DNA from: an uncultured Bacteroidales bacterium
GTDB taxonomy: Bacteria; Bacteroidota; Bacteroidia; Bacteroidales; FEN-979
Direction of reading: 5' to 3'
DNA: 64,000 nt
Assembly (NCBI GenBank): GCA_903903985.1
Contig: CAIVAT010000006.1
Span: 18,635-82,634 of the forward strand
In this document: in pieces, positions 56,874 to 64,000 of the stretch
How the letters are laid out: every line of letters starts with the position of its first letter
Numbering within the stretch: the first letter of the stretch is position 1
Translations under genes and position numbers: made by a program
The notes under the pieces: generated by a model
Told to the model about the DNA's origin: nothing
What the model saw: only the letters and a program-made list of their open reading frames with translations
Database searches by the model: none

Positions 56874-57131
56874 TTAATTTGGGTTGATGCGGTTGATGAT
56901 GTAACTGTAAAAATCCTGCAGCGATTTGACGTCTGCCATCTCCTCTGCCTTCATCTTGAAGCCAAAATTGTTTTCAACGATCACAAACAAATCAACAAAG
57001 TCAAGGCTGTCGATCCCGAGATCATTCTTCAGGTCGGCAGAGGGGTTTATCTGGGTTTCCTCAATTTCAATCTCATCGATCAGCAGTTGGTTTATTTTCC
57101 TGATGATCTCATCATTTTGCATCATAGTCAT
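56874..57131 (-). CDS. Acyl carrier protein
   Basis: 85 aa, with LGIDSLDFVDL. Confidence 0.9.
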   Translation of the reverse strand: MTMMQNDEIIRKINQLLIDEIEIEETQINPSADLKNDLGIDSLDFVDLFVIVENNFGFKMKAEEMADVKSLQDFYSYIINRINPN

Positions 57132-57399
57132 TCGTTAACCGATGCAAAAATAAGAATTTTTCTCGAAGAAACAGGAGCGAGCTTCAACTAATTCAGCGAC
57201 ATGATTTACAGATGGTTCTTACCAGGAAATATATGGGGTTTACTGAAACTCACTAAAGGGAGTTTCGTGCTGAGTTCCATCAGCCACACTCAAATATATA
57301 CCTGATAGCCAATAGTCTGCGAAAACCTGCGTAGAAAATCTGTGCGCATCTGCGTGAAATATTTTCTTTTTGGCCGGTTCCCCGGGTATGGTTGAAATT

Positions 57400-58620
57400 T
57401 TATCTGGATTTCCGGATAATCAGTGAAGAGTTAGTGCCGCCAAAACCAAACGAATTGGAAAGGAATGCATTGATTTCGAAGGGAGTAGTTTTTGTGGCGA
57501 TATTTAATTTTGCCGTCACCTCATCGGGATGGTCTAAATTGATGTTTGGAGCGACAAACCCGTTATTCATCATAAGGGTCGAATAGATCACCTCACTGGC
57601 CCCACCCATCCACATTTCGTGCCCGGTCATCGATTTTGTGCTGCTGACAAGGGGTCTTGAACTTCCAAAGACCGTGTTGATCGATTTTGCTTCGTTGCTG
57701 TCGCCTGCCGGTGTTGATGTGGCGTGGGCATTGATATAATCGATTTCAGATGATTTGATCCCCGCATCTTGGATTGCTTTCTGCATGGCGCGCACAGGGC
57801 CTTCCACGTTTGGCATGGAAATATGTTCCCCGTTCGATGAGAAACCGTATCCGATCACTTCGCCATATATCGTGGCGCCGCGTTTCATGGCCGATTCATA
57901 GCTTTCGATGATCACCGTGGCAGCGCCTCCGCTGGGAACCAATCCATCGCGGTCGCGGTCGAACGGACGGGATGCCCTGGTTGGCTCTGATTCCCTGATT
58001 GAAAAAGCATTGAGGGCATCAAAACTGGCTGTTGATTCGGGGTTGATCTCCTGGGCACCCCCGCAAATGATCATCTCCTGTAAACCTTGTTTGATTAAAA
58101 GATAACCGATGCCAATGGCATGTGAACCGCTGGCACGGGCCCCGCTGAGGGTGAAGTTGACCCCCTTGAGCCGGAAGATAACGGAGAGGTTCATGGAAAC
58201 AGTCGAATTCATCGATTGAAAGATGTATCCCGATCCGATCATCATGGTATCTTTCTTCTGCCGCAGGATGTCAACAGATTCCACCACCGGTAAAGCGGAA
58301 CTGTCATTGCCGAAAAGGATGCCGACCTCATGCGCATCCAGGTAGGATTGCTCAATGCCGGCATGTTTGAGTGCTTCCAGGGTCGAAATGTAAGCATATT
58401 CACCCTGTTCAGGCAAACCGATCCTCATCCTTCGATCAAGTACTCCCTTCAATTGCGGTCGTGAAACCATACCGGTCAAGGCAGAACGGAATCCCATCTC
58501 TTTTCGCACAGGATCAAAAATAATCCCCGACTTCCCCTGCATCAGCGAATCTTTGACCTCGGAGAGGTTCTGTCCGATTACGGAATAAATACCCATGCCT
58601 GTGATGACAACCCTGCTCAT
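57400..58620 (-). CDS. FabB/FabF-like beta-ketoacyl synthase with Arg at the nucleophile position
   Basis: MSRVVITGMG start. NAHATSTPAGD and STKSMTGHEMW (both catalytic His) are present, but the Cys position reads LSGARASGSHAIG (codon CGT at 58135-58137). Confidence 0.85.
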   Translation of the reverse strand: MSRVVITGMGIYSVIGQNLSEVKDSLMQGKSGIIFDPVRKEMGFRSALTGMVSRPQLKGVLDRRMRIGLPEQGEYAYISTLEALKHAGIEQSYLDAHEVGILFGNDSSALPVVESVDILRQKKDTMMIGSGYIFQSMNSTVSMNLSVIFRLKGVNFTLSGARASGSHAIGIGYLLIKQGLQEMIICGGAQEINPESTASFDALNAFSIRESEPTRASRPFDRDRDGLVPSGGAATVIIESYESAMKRGATIYGEVIGYGFSSNGEHISMPNVEGPVRAMQKAIQDAGIKSSEIDYINAHATSTPAGDSNEAKSINTVFGSSRPLVSSTKSMTGHEMWMGGASEVIYSTLMMNNGFVAPNINLDHPDEVTAKLNIATKTTPFEINAFLSNSFGFGGTNSSLIIRKSR

Positions 58621-58724
58621 ACTAATTGGCGAAATAGTGAAAAAGTGAAATAAGGTAGTGAGATAGCGAGGAGGTGTGGGAACGAGGTGGTGAAATTCAT
58701 AAATCAAAAATCGTTTATCGTAAA

Positions 58725-59453
58725 TTAAGTATAGAGTCCTCCATTCACATTCACGACCGTTCCTGTGATGTACGATGCTTCCTCCGAAGCAAGGAAACCA
58801 ACGATTGCTGCAACCTCTTCGGGTTTACCGAACCGTCCCATCGGGATCATGGCTTTCAGTTGTGCTTCATCAAGATCTTTGGTCATGTCCGTTTTGATAA
58901 AACCCGGTGCAACGGCGTTGACCGTCACATTTTTCTTGGCAACCTCCTGCGCGAGCGCTTTTGTTGCACCGATCACACCCGCTTTGGCAGCCGAATAGTT
59001 GGCCTGCCCAGGCAATCCCTTCAGTCCGGAAAGAGAAACCACATTGATGATCCTTCCCTTTTTATTGATGATCATCTCCTTGATCAGAAATCGGGTAACA
59101 TACAGGAAACTATGGAGGTTCGTATTCAGGACGTCGTGCCACTCTTCATTTTTCATCCACATCACCAGGGCGTCCTTCCTGATGCCGGCATTATTCACAA
59201 GTGCCTGGATATAAGCTCCTTCATGGGCGGTTAACCATTTTCCGAGCACATTTTCCACTTCCTCCTGGGAGGAAACATCGAAATTGAGGATCTCTCCGTC
59301 ACTGCCTTTCTCCCTGACCAGTTGCAAAGTGATTTCAGCTTCCTCCGGGCTTGCATGAAAGTTGACCAGGACGAAAAAACCCATCTCTGCAAGTTTGATG
59401 CAAACGGCCCTGCCAATGCCGCGGGAGCCACCGGTGACTAATGCGTATTTCAT
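58725..59453 (-). CDS. fabG: 3-oxoacyl-ACP reductase (FabG-type SDR)
   Basis: TGGSRGIGRA, NNAG and the YSAAK catalytic motif. Confidence 0.9.
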   Translation of the reverse strand: MKYALVTGGSRGIGRAVCIKLAEMGFFVLVNFHASPEEAEITLQLVREKGSDGEILNFDVSSQEEVENVLGKWLTAHEGAYIQALVNNAGIRKDALVMWMKNEEWHDVLNTNLHSFLYVTRFLIKEMIINKKGRIINVVSLSGLKGLPGQANYSAAKAGVIGATKALAQEVAKKNVTVNAVAPGFIKTDMTKDLDEAQLKAMIPMGRFGKPEEVAAIVGFLASEEASYITGTVVNVNGGLYT

Positions 59454-59582
59454 GCAATTTTCGATTTACGAATTTCGATTTATGGTTTAAGAGTTGATTT
59501 TATATTCTCCTTTTAATAGTTTTCTCTATGATTTTAGGAAAAGTACTTTTTCCCAAGCGTAAATCCCAAATCGTAAATCCAA
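59454..59582. repeat. Family A MITE-like spacer element
   Basis: The left end is tcgatttacgaatttcgattta. The reverse complement of the right end is ggatttacgatttgggatttacgc. Confidence 0.6.
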
Positions 59583-61133
59583 TTATCCTTCCAGCGGAAA
59601 CTTTGGTTTATTTTCCAGGATATAGTTGGCAATCTGCTTGATTTCCTTGTATTTGGTTGTGTCGTCGGTAAATTTCGGCACGATTTTCCGCAGGTCTTCA
59701 AATTTTTTGCGGGAATAACCCGAAAGTTTTGGTTTGAACTTCATGAAATCGATGGCCTGGAGAACGGCGATCATGTGAATTGACAACACGATGTAGGTAT
59801 GGTCAATCACGCGTTTGGTCATCATGGCTGCGTTGGTGCCCATGCTGACGATGTCCTGGTTATCGTTGTTATTGGTGATGCTGTGGATGGACATCGGAAA
59901 ACAAAGGGTCTGATTTTCAGCCACCGTGGATACCGCTGTAAACTGCATTCCCTGCATGCCAAGGTTGAAACCGAGTTTTCCTAGGTTGACAAACGGGGGA
60001 AGTTTTTGGTTTAATTTGTCGTTCATGAGGTAATTGAGCTGGCGTTCGGCAAGCATTGAAAGTTTCGTGACGGCAATCTTCAGTTTATCCATTTCCAGGG
60101 CGACATAATCGCCATGAAAATTTCCTCCATGAAATACGTTTTTTGCATCGCTGTCGATGATCGGGTTATCGTTGGTGGAATTGACCTCGTTGATCAGCAC
60201 CTTTTCAGCATACAAAATGGTGTCGAGGATCGGGCCCAGTACCTGCGGAACGCAACGCAGCGAGTAGTATTCCTGTACCTTATGGGTGAATACCTCCACC
60301 TGTTCTGTTTTTCCGTTGTACAGATGATCGGCCCGGCGGCGGATAAGCTGGCTGTCCTGGAGTATTGATCGCATCATCCTTGCCACCTGGTTCTGCCCGT
60401 AATGGCTTTTTACCTTGTTCAGTCCATCGGAAAAATGATCGTCATAGGACTCTACGATCTCGTTGATCATCGAAGATGCCAGTACAGCCCAGTCGAGCAG
60501 GTTCTTTGCGTGAACGAGGTTGATCATGCCGATGCCGGTCATGGCCGAAGTGCCATTGATCAGGGCAAGCCCTTCGCGGATGTGCATTTTCACCGGGGTA
60601 AGTTTTTCTTTCTGAAAAACCTTTTCGGTTGGCTGCAGCTCGCCATTGTACCAGATTTCGCCTTCGCCGATGAGGTTCAGTGCCAGGTGTGCCAGTTGGA
60701 CCAGGTCGCCGCTGGCGCCAACGCCGCCATGTTCGGGAATATGCGGATTGATGTTCCGGTTGATCAGCTCTTTGAGCAATTCAACCACCTCAATATGAAT
60801 TCCTGATTTAGCCTGCATAAAGGTATTGAGCCTTGCAAGCATGGTCGCTTTGGCGTATATCTGGGCCAGGGGCGTTCCGCATCCGGAACTGTGGCTGCGG
60901 ATCAGGTTGTACTGGAGTTGAAGTTCGTTGCTGCCGGTTATCTTATATTGTGCCATCGGCCCGAGGCCGGTGTTGATTCCATAAATGACTTTTCCCTTGG
61001 CAAATTCCTTAAGGAACTGATAATTTGCCTTTACTTTTACTACTGCTTTCGGATCCAGTTCGATCTTTTCATCCAGAAAAAGAATCTTGTAAAAATCGTC
61101 GGGAGTAAGTTTCTGTATTCCTACGCTTATCAT
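59583..61133 (-). CDS. HAL/PAL/TAL-family aromatic amino acid ammonia-lyase, probably tyrosine ammonia-lyase (flexirubin FlxA type)
   Basis: MIO-forming GASGDL. YGINTGLGPMAQY and LQYNLIRSHSSG blocks, as I recall them from Flavobacterium TAL. It is the first gene of the cluster. Confidence 0.85.
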   Translation of the reverse strand: MISVGIQKLTPDDFYKILFLDEKIELDPKAVVKVKANYQFLKEFAKGKVIYGINTGLGPMAQYKITGSNELQLQYNLIRSHSSGCGTPLAQIYAKATMLARLNTFMQAKSGIHIEVVELLKELINRNINPHIPEHGGVGASGDLVQLAHLALNLIGEGEIWYNGELQPTEKVFQKEKLTPVKMHIREGLALINGTSAMTGIGMINLVHAKNLLDWAVLASSMINEIVESYDDHFSDGLNKVKSHYGQNQVARMMRSILQDSQLIRRRADHLYNGKTEQVEVFTHKVQEYYSLRCVPQVLGPILDTILYAEKVLINEVNSTNDNPIIDSDAKNVFHGGNFHGDYVALEMDKLKIAVTKLSMLAERQLNYLMNDKLNQKLPPFVNLGKLGFNLGMQGMQFTAVSTVAENQTLCFPMSIHSITNNNDNQDIVSMGTNAAMMTKRVIDHTYIVLSIHMIAVLQAIDFMKFKPKLSGYSRKKFEDLRKIVPKFTDDTTKYKEIKQIANYILENKPKFPLEG

Positions 61134-61185
61134 CGTTTCGTTTAGTTTTACCGCACCGGACCTTCACATCCGGGAATCAAATTTG

Positions 61186-61193
61186 CAAAGGTA
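61186..61193 (-). promoter_or_regulatory. Candidate Bacteroidota -7 box (TAnnTTTG) for the pigment-type operon
   Basis: Minus strand reads TACCTTTG, about 55 nt upstream of the ATG at 61133. Confidence 0.35.
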
Positions 61194-61215
61194 CAATTTT
61201 TTTTGAAAAATATGT

Positions 61216-61223
61216 TATCTTTG
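61216..61223 (+). promoter_or_regulatory. Candidate Bacteroidota -7 box upstream of tRNA-Arg
   Basis: TATCTTTG on the plus strand, ~100 nt upstream of the tRNA. Confidence 0.3.
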
Positions 61224-61229
61224 CACCCC

Positions 61230-61310
61230 GAAACGTGAGACGTAAGACGTTCTATTAAATCGTTCATCGTACATTCTACATTGTCAATTGTCAATTGTCC
61301 ATTGTCATTT
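61230..61310. repeat. Family B half-copy followed by a TGTCAAT heptamer tract
   Basis: gaaacgtgagacgtaagacgt ... ttgtcaattgtcaattgtccattgtcattt. Confidence 0.7.
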
Positions 61311-61322
61311 ATAAAAAGACCA

Positions 61323-61396
61323 GGCCCCGTAGCTCAACTGAATAGAGCATCTGACTACGGATCAGAAGGTTGGGGGTTTGAATCCCTCCGGGGTCA
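61323..61396 (+). tRNA. tRNA-Arg (anticodon ACG)
   Basis: 74-nt cloverleaf by hand: acceptor GGCCCCG/CGGGGTC, D-arm GCTC..GAGC, anticodon stem TCTGA/TCAGA with loop CTACGGA, T-arm GGGGG-TTTGAAT-CCCTC (one internal G-T pair). CCA is not encoded. Confidence 0.9.
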
Positions 61397-61405
61397 CTGA
61401 AAATC

Positions 61406-61429
61406 AGCCACTTGGGAAAGTGGCTTTTT
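61406..61429 (+). terminator. Intrinsic terminator after the tRNA
   Basis: agccac-ttgggaaa-gtggct followed by TTTTT. Confidence 0.6.
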
Positions 61430-61631
61430 CTTTTATAGCAATAAAACATCGCGTCTGCCAGATTGCGTCCTTCCCATGTCTGCCATTACCCGCAGAAGAA
61501 ATGCTGCCAGATGAGCTGTCAAACCTAAAATCTCCGGCAGGAGGGATGCAAAGACAGTAATCCATTCCCCGATTGGCCAGTTGCCTCATCAAGAATCCTG
61601 GATGCTCCTTTAGAACCAGGCAAACAAGGTC

Positions 61632-61871
61632 ATGAAAACGGTGAAGGTTTTCGAATGCGGAATCTCCGGCACCGTGGTTGGTCCTAATAAGATATTCTGC
61701 ATTGACCTGGAGGAGCATGTATCATCAATTTTGCACGGTCACAACCACGCTTCTGGACAGCCAACCCCAGGTGAAGCCGATTTTAAGATCACTAAAAAGA
61801 TCAAAGATGCCGGCGCTTTTCTTGATACATCAGGACTTGATCACATCATTGTTGCCCATGATGACTTTTGA
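61632..61871 (+). pseudogene. radC: RadC-like JAB/MPN domain fragment (C-terminal ~79 aa only)
   Basis: ILHGHNHASGQPTPGEADFKITKKIKDAGAFLDTSGLDHIIV matches the RadC C-terminal HNHPSG...PS..D...T..L...L.I...DH.I pattern. There is an in-frame stop just upstream and no N-terminal half. Confidence 0.6.
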
Positions 61872-62061
61872 GGCAACCTCACACTGAATTGCCCGCAACA
61901 TATAATGATTGGTGTTTCCGCGGTAGGAAATGGTACTGCTTTATCGAACGTTGAATCATCCTCAATAAACGTTGAACGCTTATTGAAAATTATTTACGGT
62001 CCCTTACAATTAGTAAGCATACTTTGAGTTTATATAGCTGAAATACAATAAACTGAGTGCC

Positions 62062-63297
62062 ATGAAAGAACAAATCATTGAGAACATCGGCGACCCCGAA
62101 ATGCTTGAAATGTTGTACCGGAGGGATAAACCCGCCTTTATTCGCGATTTCAATGAAGCCACCCGCGGCACTGACACCGATCTCGTGAAATTCTGGCAGA
62201 TCAGGTTGACAAGTGCGGAGGGAACCGGGCAACATACGGCGCTGAAAACCGGAATGGTCGTTGTAGCGGTCATTTCCGTCATTACCGCCTTGCTGGCGAG
62301 ACTGCCCCTGGTCCTGAAGTGCATGACCCCGGAGGATTTTTACTTCCGTAACCTCTGCATCATCATCTTTGCCGGGCTTACATCCTGGTTCATCATTAAA
62401 AACAGGCTCACAGGCTGGAAGAACATCCTGTTTCTAGCCATTCCTTTCATGGCGCTGGCCATCTTTATGAATCTGCTGCCGGAAAAACTGACCGACACCA
62501 CCAAACTGGCAATGATCCATGCCCCGCTCTTCATGGGGTTCATTTTCGCACAGGCCTGTGTTTCCTTCGACTTCAGAAACACCGGTAAAGTTTCAGGATT
62601 CATCCGTTATTGCGGCGAACTGGCTATCATGACCGGATTACTGGCCATTGCCGGAGCGATTTTGTCGGGCATGACCATCAACCTGTTTGAAATCATCGGG
62701 ATGAAAATCGGCCCGTTCTACATGGAAAATGTGGCGATCATTGGCGTGACGGTTTTACCGGTGATCGCAGCATGGCTGATTGACATCTACCCGGGCATTA
62801 CCGACAGGATCGCACCGGTTATTGCAAGGATCTTTACTCCGCTGGTTCTCCTTTCAGCCGTTATTTACCTTGTGGCCATCTCCATCTCCGGGATCAGCCT
62901 CTCGGGAAACCGTCAATTCCTGATGGTTTTCAATATCCTGCTGCTGGGTGTAATGGCAATTATTGTCTTTTCCCTATCCGAACTGGATAAATCAGATGTC
63001 AGAAAACTGAACGTCATCATGCTGTTCCTTCTTGCGGTGGTCACATTGATGATCGACCTTTTTGCGCTCTCTGCCATCATTACCCGGCTGTCGGAAGGAT
63101 TTACCCCTAACCGGACCGTCATATTGGTTTCCAACATTTTGATACTGGTCAACCTGTTGCTTGTTTTACCTGACCTTTACCTTGCAGGTTTAAGGGGAAA
63201 ACCGCTTGACCGTGTGGAAAGGATCATCAACGGGTACCTGCCGGTGTATTTCATCTACAGCATCGTGGTGATTTTCCTTTTCCCTTTGATCTTTTAG
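62062..63297 (+). CDS. Hypothetical polytopic inner-membrane protein
   Basis: A ~60-aa soluble N-terminus followed by about 10 hydrophobic helices. No family recognised. Confidence 0.6.
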   Translation: MKEQIIENIGDPEMLEMLYRRDKPAFIRDFNEATRGTDTDLVKFWQIRLTSAEGTGQHTALKTGMVVVAVISVITALLARLPLVLKCMTPEDFYFRNLCIIIFAGLTSWFIIKNRLTGWKNILFLAIPFMALAIFMNLLPEKLTDTTKLAMIHAPLFMGFIFAQACVSFDFRNTGKVSGFIRYCGELAIMTGLLAIAGAILSGMTINLFEIIGMKIGPFYMENVAIIGVTVLPVIAAWLIDIYPGITDRIAPVIARIFTPLVLLSAVIYLVAISISGISLSGNRQFLMVFNILLLGVMAIIVFSLSELDKSDVRKLNVIMLFLLAVVTLMIDLFALSAIITRLSEGFTPNRTVILVSNILILVNLLLVLPDLYLAGLRGKPLDRVERIINGYLPVYFIYSIVVIFLFPLIF

Positions 63298-63344
63298 GAC
63301 GAACGGGCAATGTGCTGTAAATAAGCAGGATGCAGGCCTGATCC

Positions 63345-63450
63345 CCTGTCACCCTGTTCCCCTGTCACCCTGTCACCCTGTTACCCTGTCACCCTGTCAC
63401 CCTGTCACCCTGTCACCCTGTTACCCTGTCACCCTGTTACCCTGTCACCC
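63345..63450. repeat. Tandem array of 13 copies of an 8-bp unit (CCTGTCAC, with variants CCTGTTAC and CCTGTTCC)
   Basis: Counted directly: units start at 63345 and then every 8 nt up to 63448. Confidence 0.95.
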
Positions 63451-63896
63451 TTCCAGGTGGCAAGCACGCATCCGACCGCGCTCAGTCCGCAGAGGAACAG
63501 GGTATTGCTCCCTGTGGTTTTGATGACCTTGTCAAGGTCGGTCTTGTTGAAGCCGTCGGCGTAGGTTTTAAGCACTTTCGGATCGGTGGGCAGGATCTTT
63601 ACCGTTGCGGGGTATTCAAACCCTTCGGAGCCTGGAGTGACGCCATATTCATCATTGGTTTGGTAGACCCTGATAACAGGGTAGCCATGTTTGCGAAAGA
63701 GGTCGATCAATGCGTTGATGTATTCCATCGCCATCTCCTTATCCGGGAACATCCTCGGCAGGAAGGCTTTCTGGATGTCGATCACCAGCAGGGCGGGATT
63801 GATGGGTTCTTTAGGCTTTTCGGCTTTATCCTGGGCAAAGGATGGCATGGCAACGACCATTAACAGGATGGCCAGGAAGGTGGTCAGTTTTTTCAT
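63429..63896 (-). CDS. Secreted isochorismatase-family (cysteine hydrolase) protein, 3'-truncated by the 8-bp array (possible pseudogene)
   Basis: Signal peptide, LLVIDIQKAF and the catalytic-Cys block LFLCGLSAVGCVLAT. The ORF then runs straight into the repeat (WKGDRVTG-stop). The usual ~40-50 C-terminal residues are missing. Confidence 0.65.
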   Translation of the reverse strand: MKKLTTFLAILLMVVAMPSFAQDKAEKPKEPINPALLVIDIQKAFLPRMFPDKEMAMEYINALIDLFRKHGYPVIRVYQTNDEYGVTPGSEGFEYPATVKILPTDPKVLKTYADGFNKTDLDKVIKTTGSNTLFLCGLSAVGCVLATWKGDRVTG

Positions 63897-64000
63897 GGTT
63901 ATTGGTATTTGTTGGTTTTTTTCACGCTCTCCAAATTTACCGAATTCTTCTCAAATATCTGTGTTCATGCCATTTGCATTTTAATTATATACACAGCAAC

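Noticed and set aside
61404-61718. 104-aa minus-strand ORF and 60-aa plus-strand ORF next to the tRNA
   Set aside because: They overlap the tRNA 3' region/terminator and the radC remnant. They have no motifs and are most likely chance ORFs in decayed sequence.
63345-63450. Possible CRISPR array
   Set aside because: The units are only 8 bp and directly abut each other with no spacers. This is a microsatellite-like tandem repeat, and no cas genes are present.
1-64000. Search for phage-defence, toxin-antitoxin, retron/DGR, transposon or prophage content
   Set aside because: I recognised no reverse transcriptase, nuclease/helicase defence pairs, integrase, transposase or phage structural genes in any of the listed ORFs. 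The novelty candidates here are metabolic/redox, biosynthetic and repeat-related.

Overview
This 64 kb window looks like a Bacteroidota chromosome. The basis is several T9SS (Por) C-terminal sorting domains, TAnnTTTG-type -7 boxes and a flexirubin/aryl-polyene-type cluster. It is about 90% coding, mostly on the minus strand. I saw no transposase, integrase, CRISPR array or recognisable defence genes.

Contents, left to right:
- 1-8.4 kb: a T9SS cargo tail, an MsbA-like ABC exporter, an FGE/SUMF1-domain protein, and a 1509-aa triple-module beta-helix T9SS protein.
- 8.4-17 kb: archaemetzincin, then an NtrC-type sigma-54 response regulator and a sensor kinase whose periplasmic domain carries CxxCH and Cx4CH motifs. 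Upstream of these is a four-gene unit: a PstS-like domain fused through one TM helix to a GcvH-like domain, a Tat-exported 4x[4Fe-4S] NrfC/HybA-like protein, an NrfD-like membrane protein, and a second TM-anchored GcvH-like protein. No catalytic subunit is present. This is my best candidate for an undescribed system.
- 17-25 kb: a choice-of-anchor-L/Calx-beta T9SS protein, a YdiJ-like FAD/Fe-S dehydrogenase, an alpha/beta hydrolase, and a DUF1338 (HglS-like) protein.
- 25-36.6 kb: five PAS/PocR/Cache histidine kinases plus a single CheY-like receiver.
- 37-39.3 kb: an SDR, a START-domain protein and a beta-carbonic anhydrase.
- 39.4-61.1 kb: a roughly 22 kb type II PKS/FAS-like flexirubin/aryl-polyene-type cluster. 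It encodes an ammonia-lyase, FabG, 4 KS, 3 KS-partner/CLF-like proteins, 2 ACPs, a dehydratase, a B12-radical SAM enzyme, an LpxL-like acyltransferase, a thioesterase, an ABC-2 exporter, a LolA-like protein, a deacetylase, and two tandem BtrH-like + small HTH-like gene pairs.
- 61.3-64 kb: tRNA-Arg(ACG), a radC fragment, a polytopic membrane protein, and an isochorismatase-family gene cut short by an 8-bp tandem array.

Four families of short 'word'-based palindromic/REP-like repeats are scattered through the window. Several copies lie in frame inside coding sequences.

All calls come from reading the translated ORFs and the DNA by eye. No searches were run, and repeat boundaries are accurate only to a few nt.
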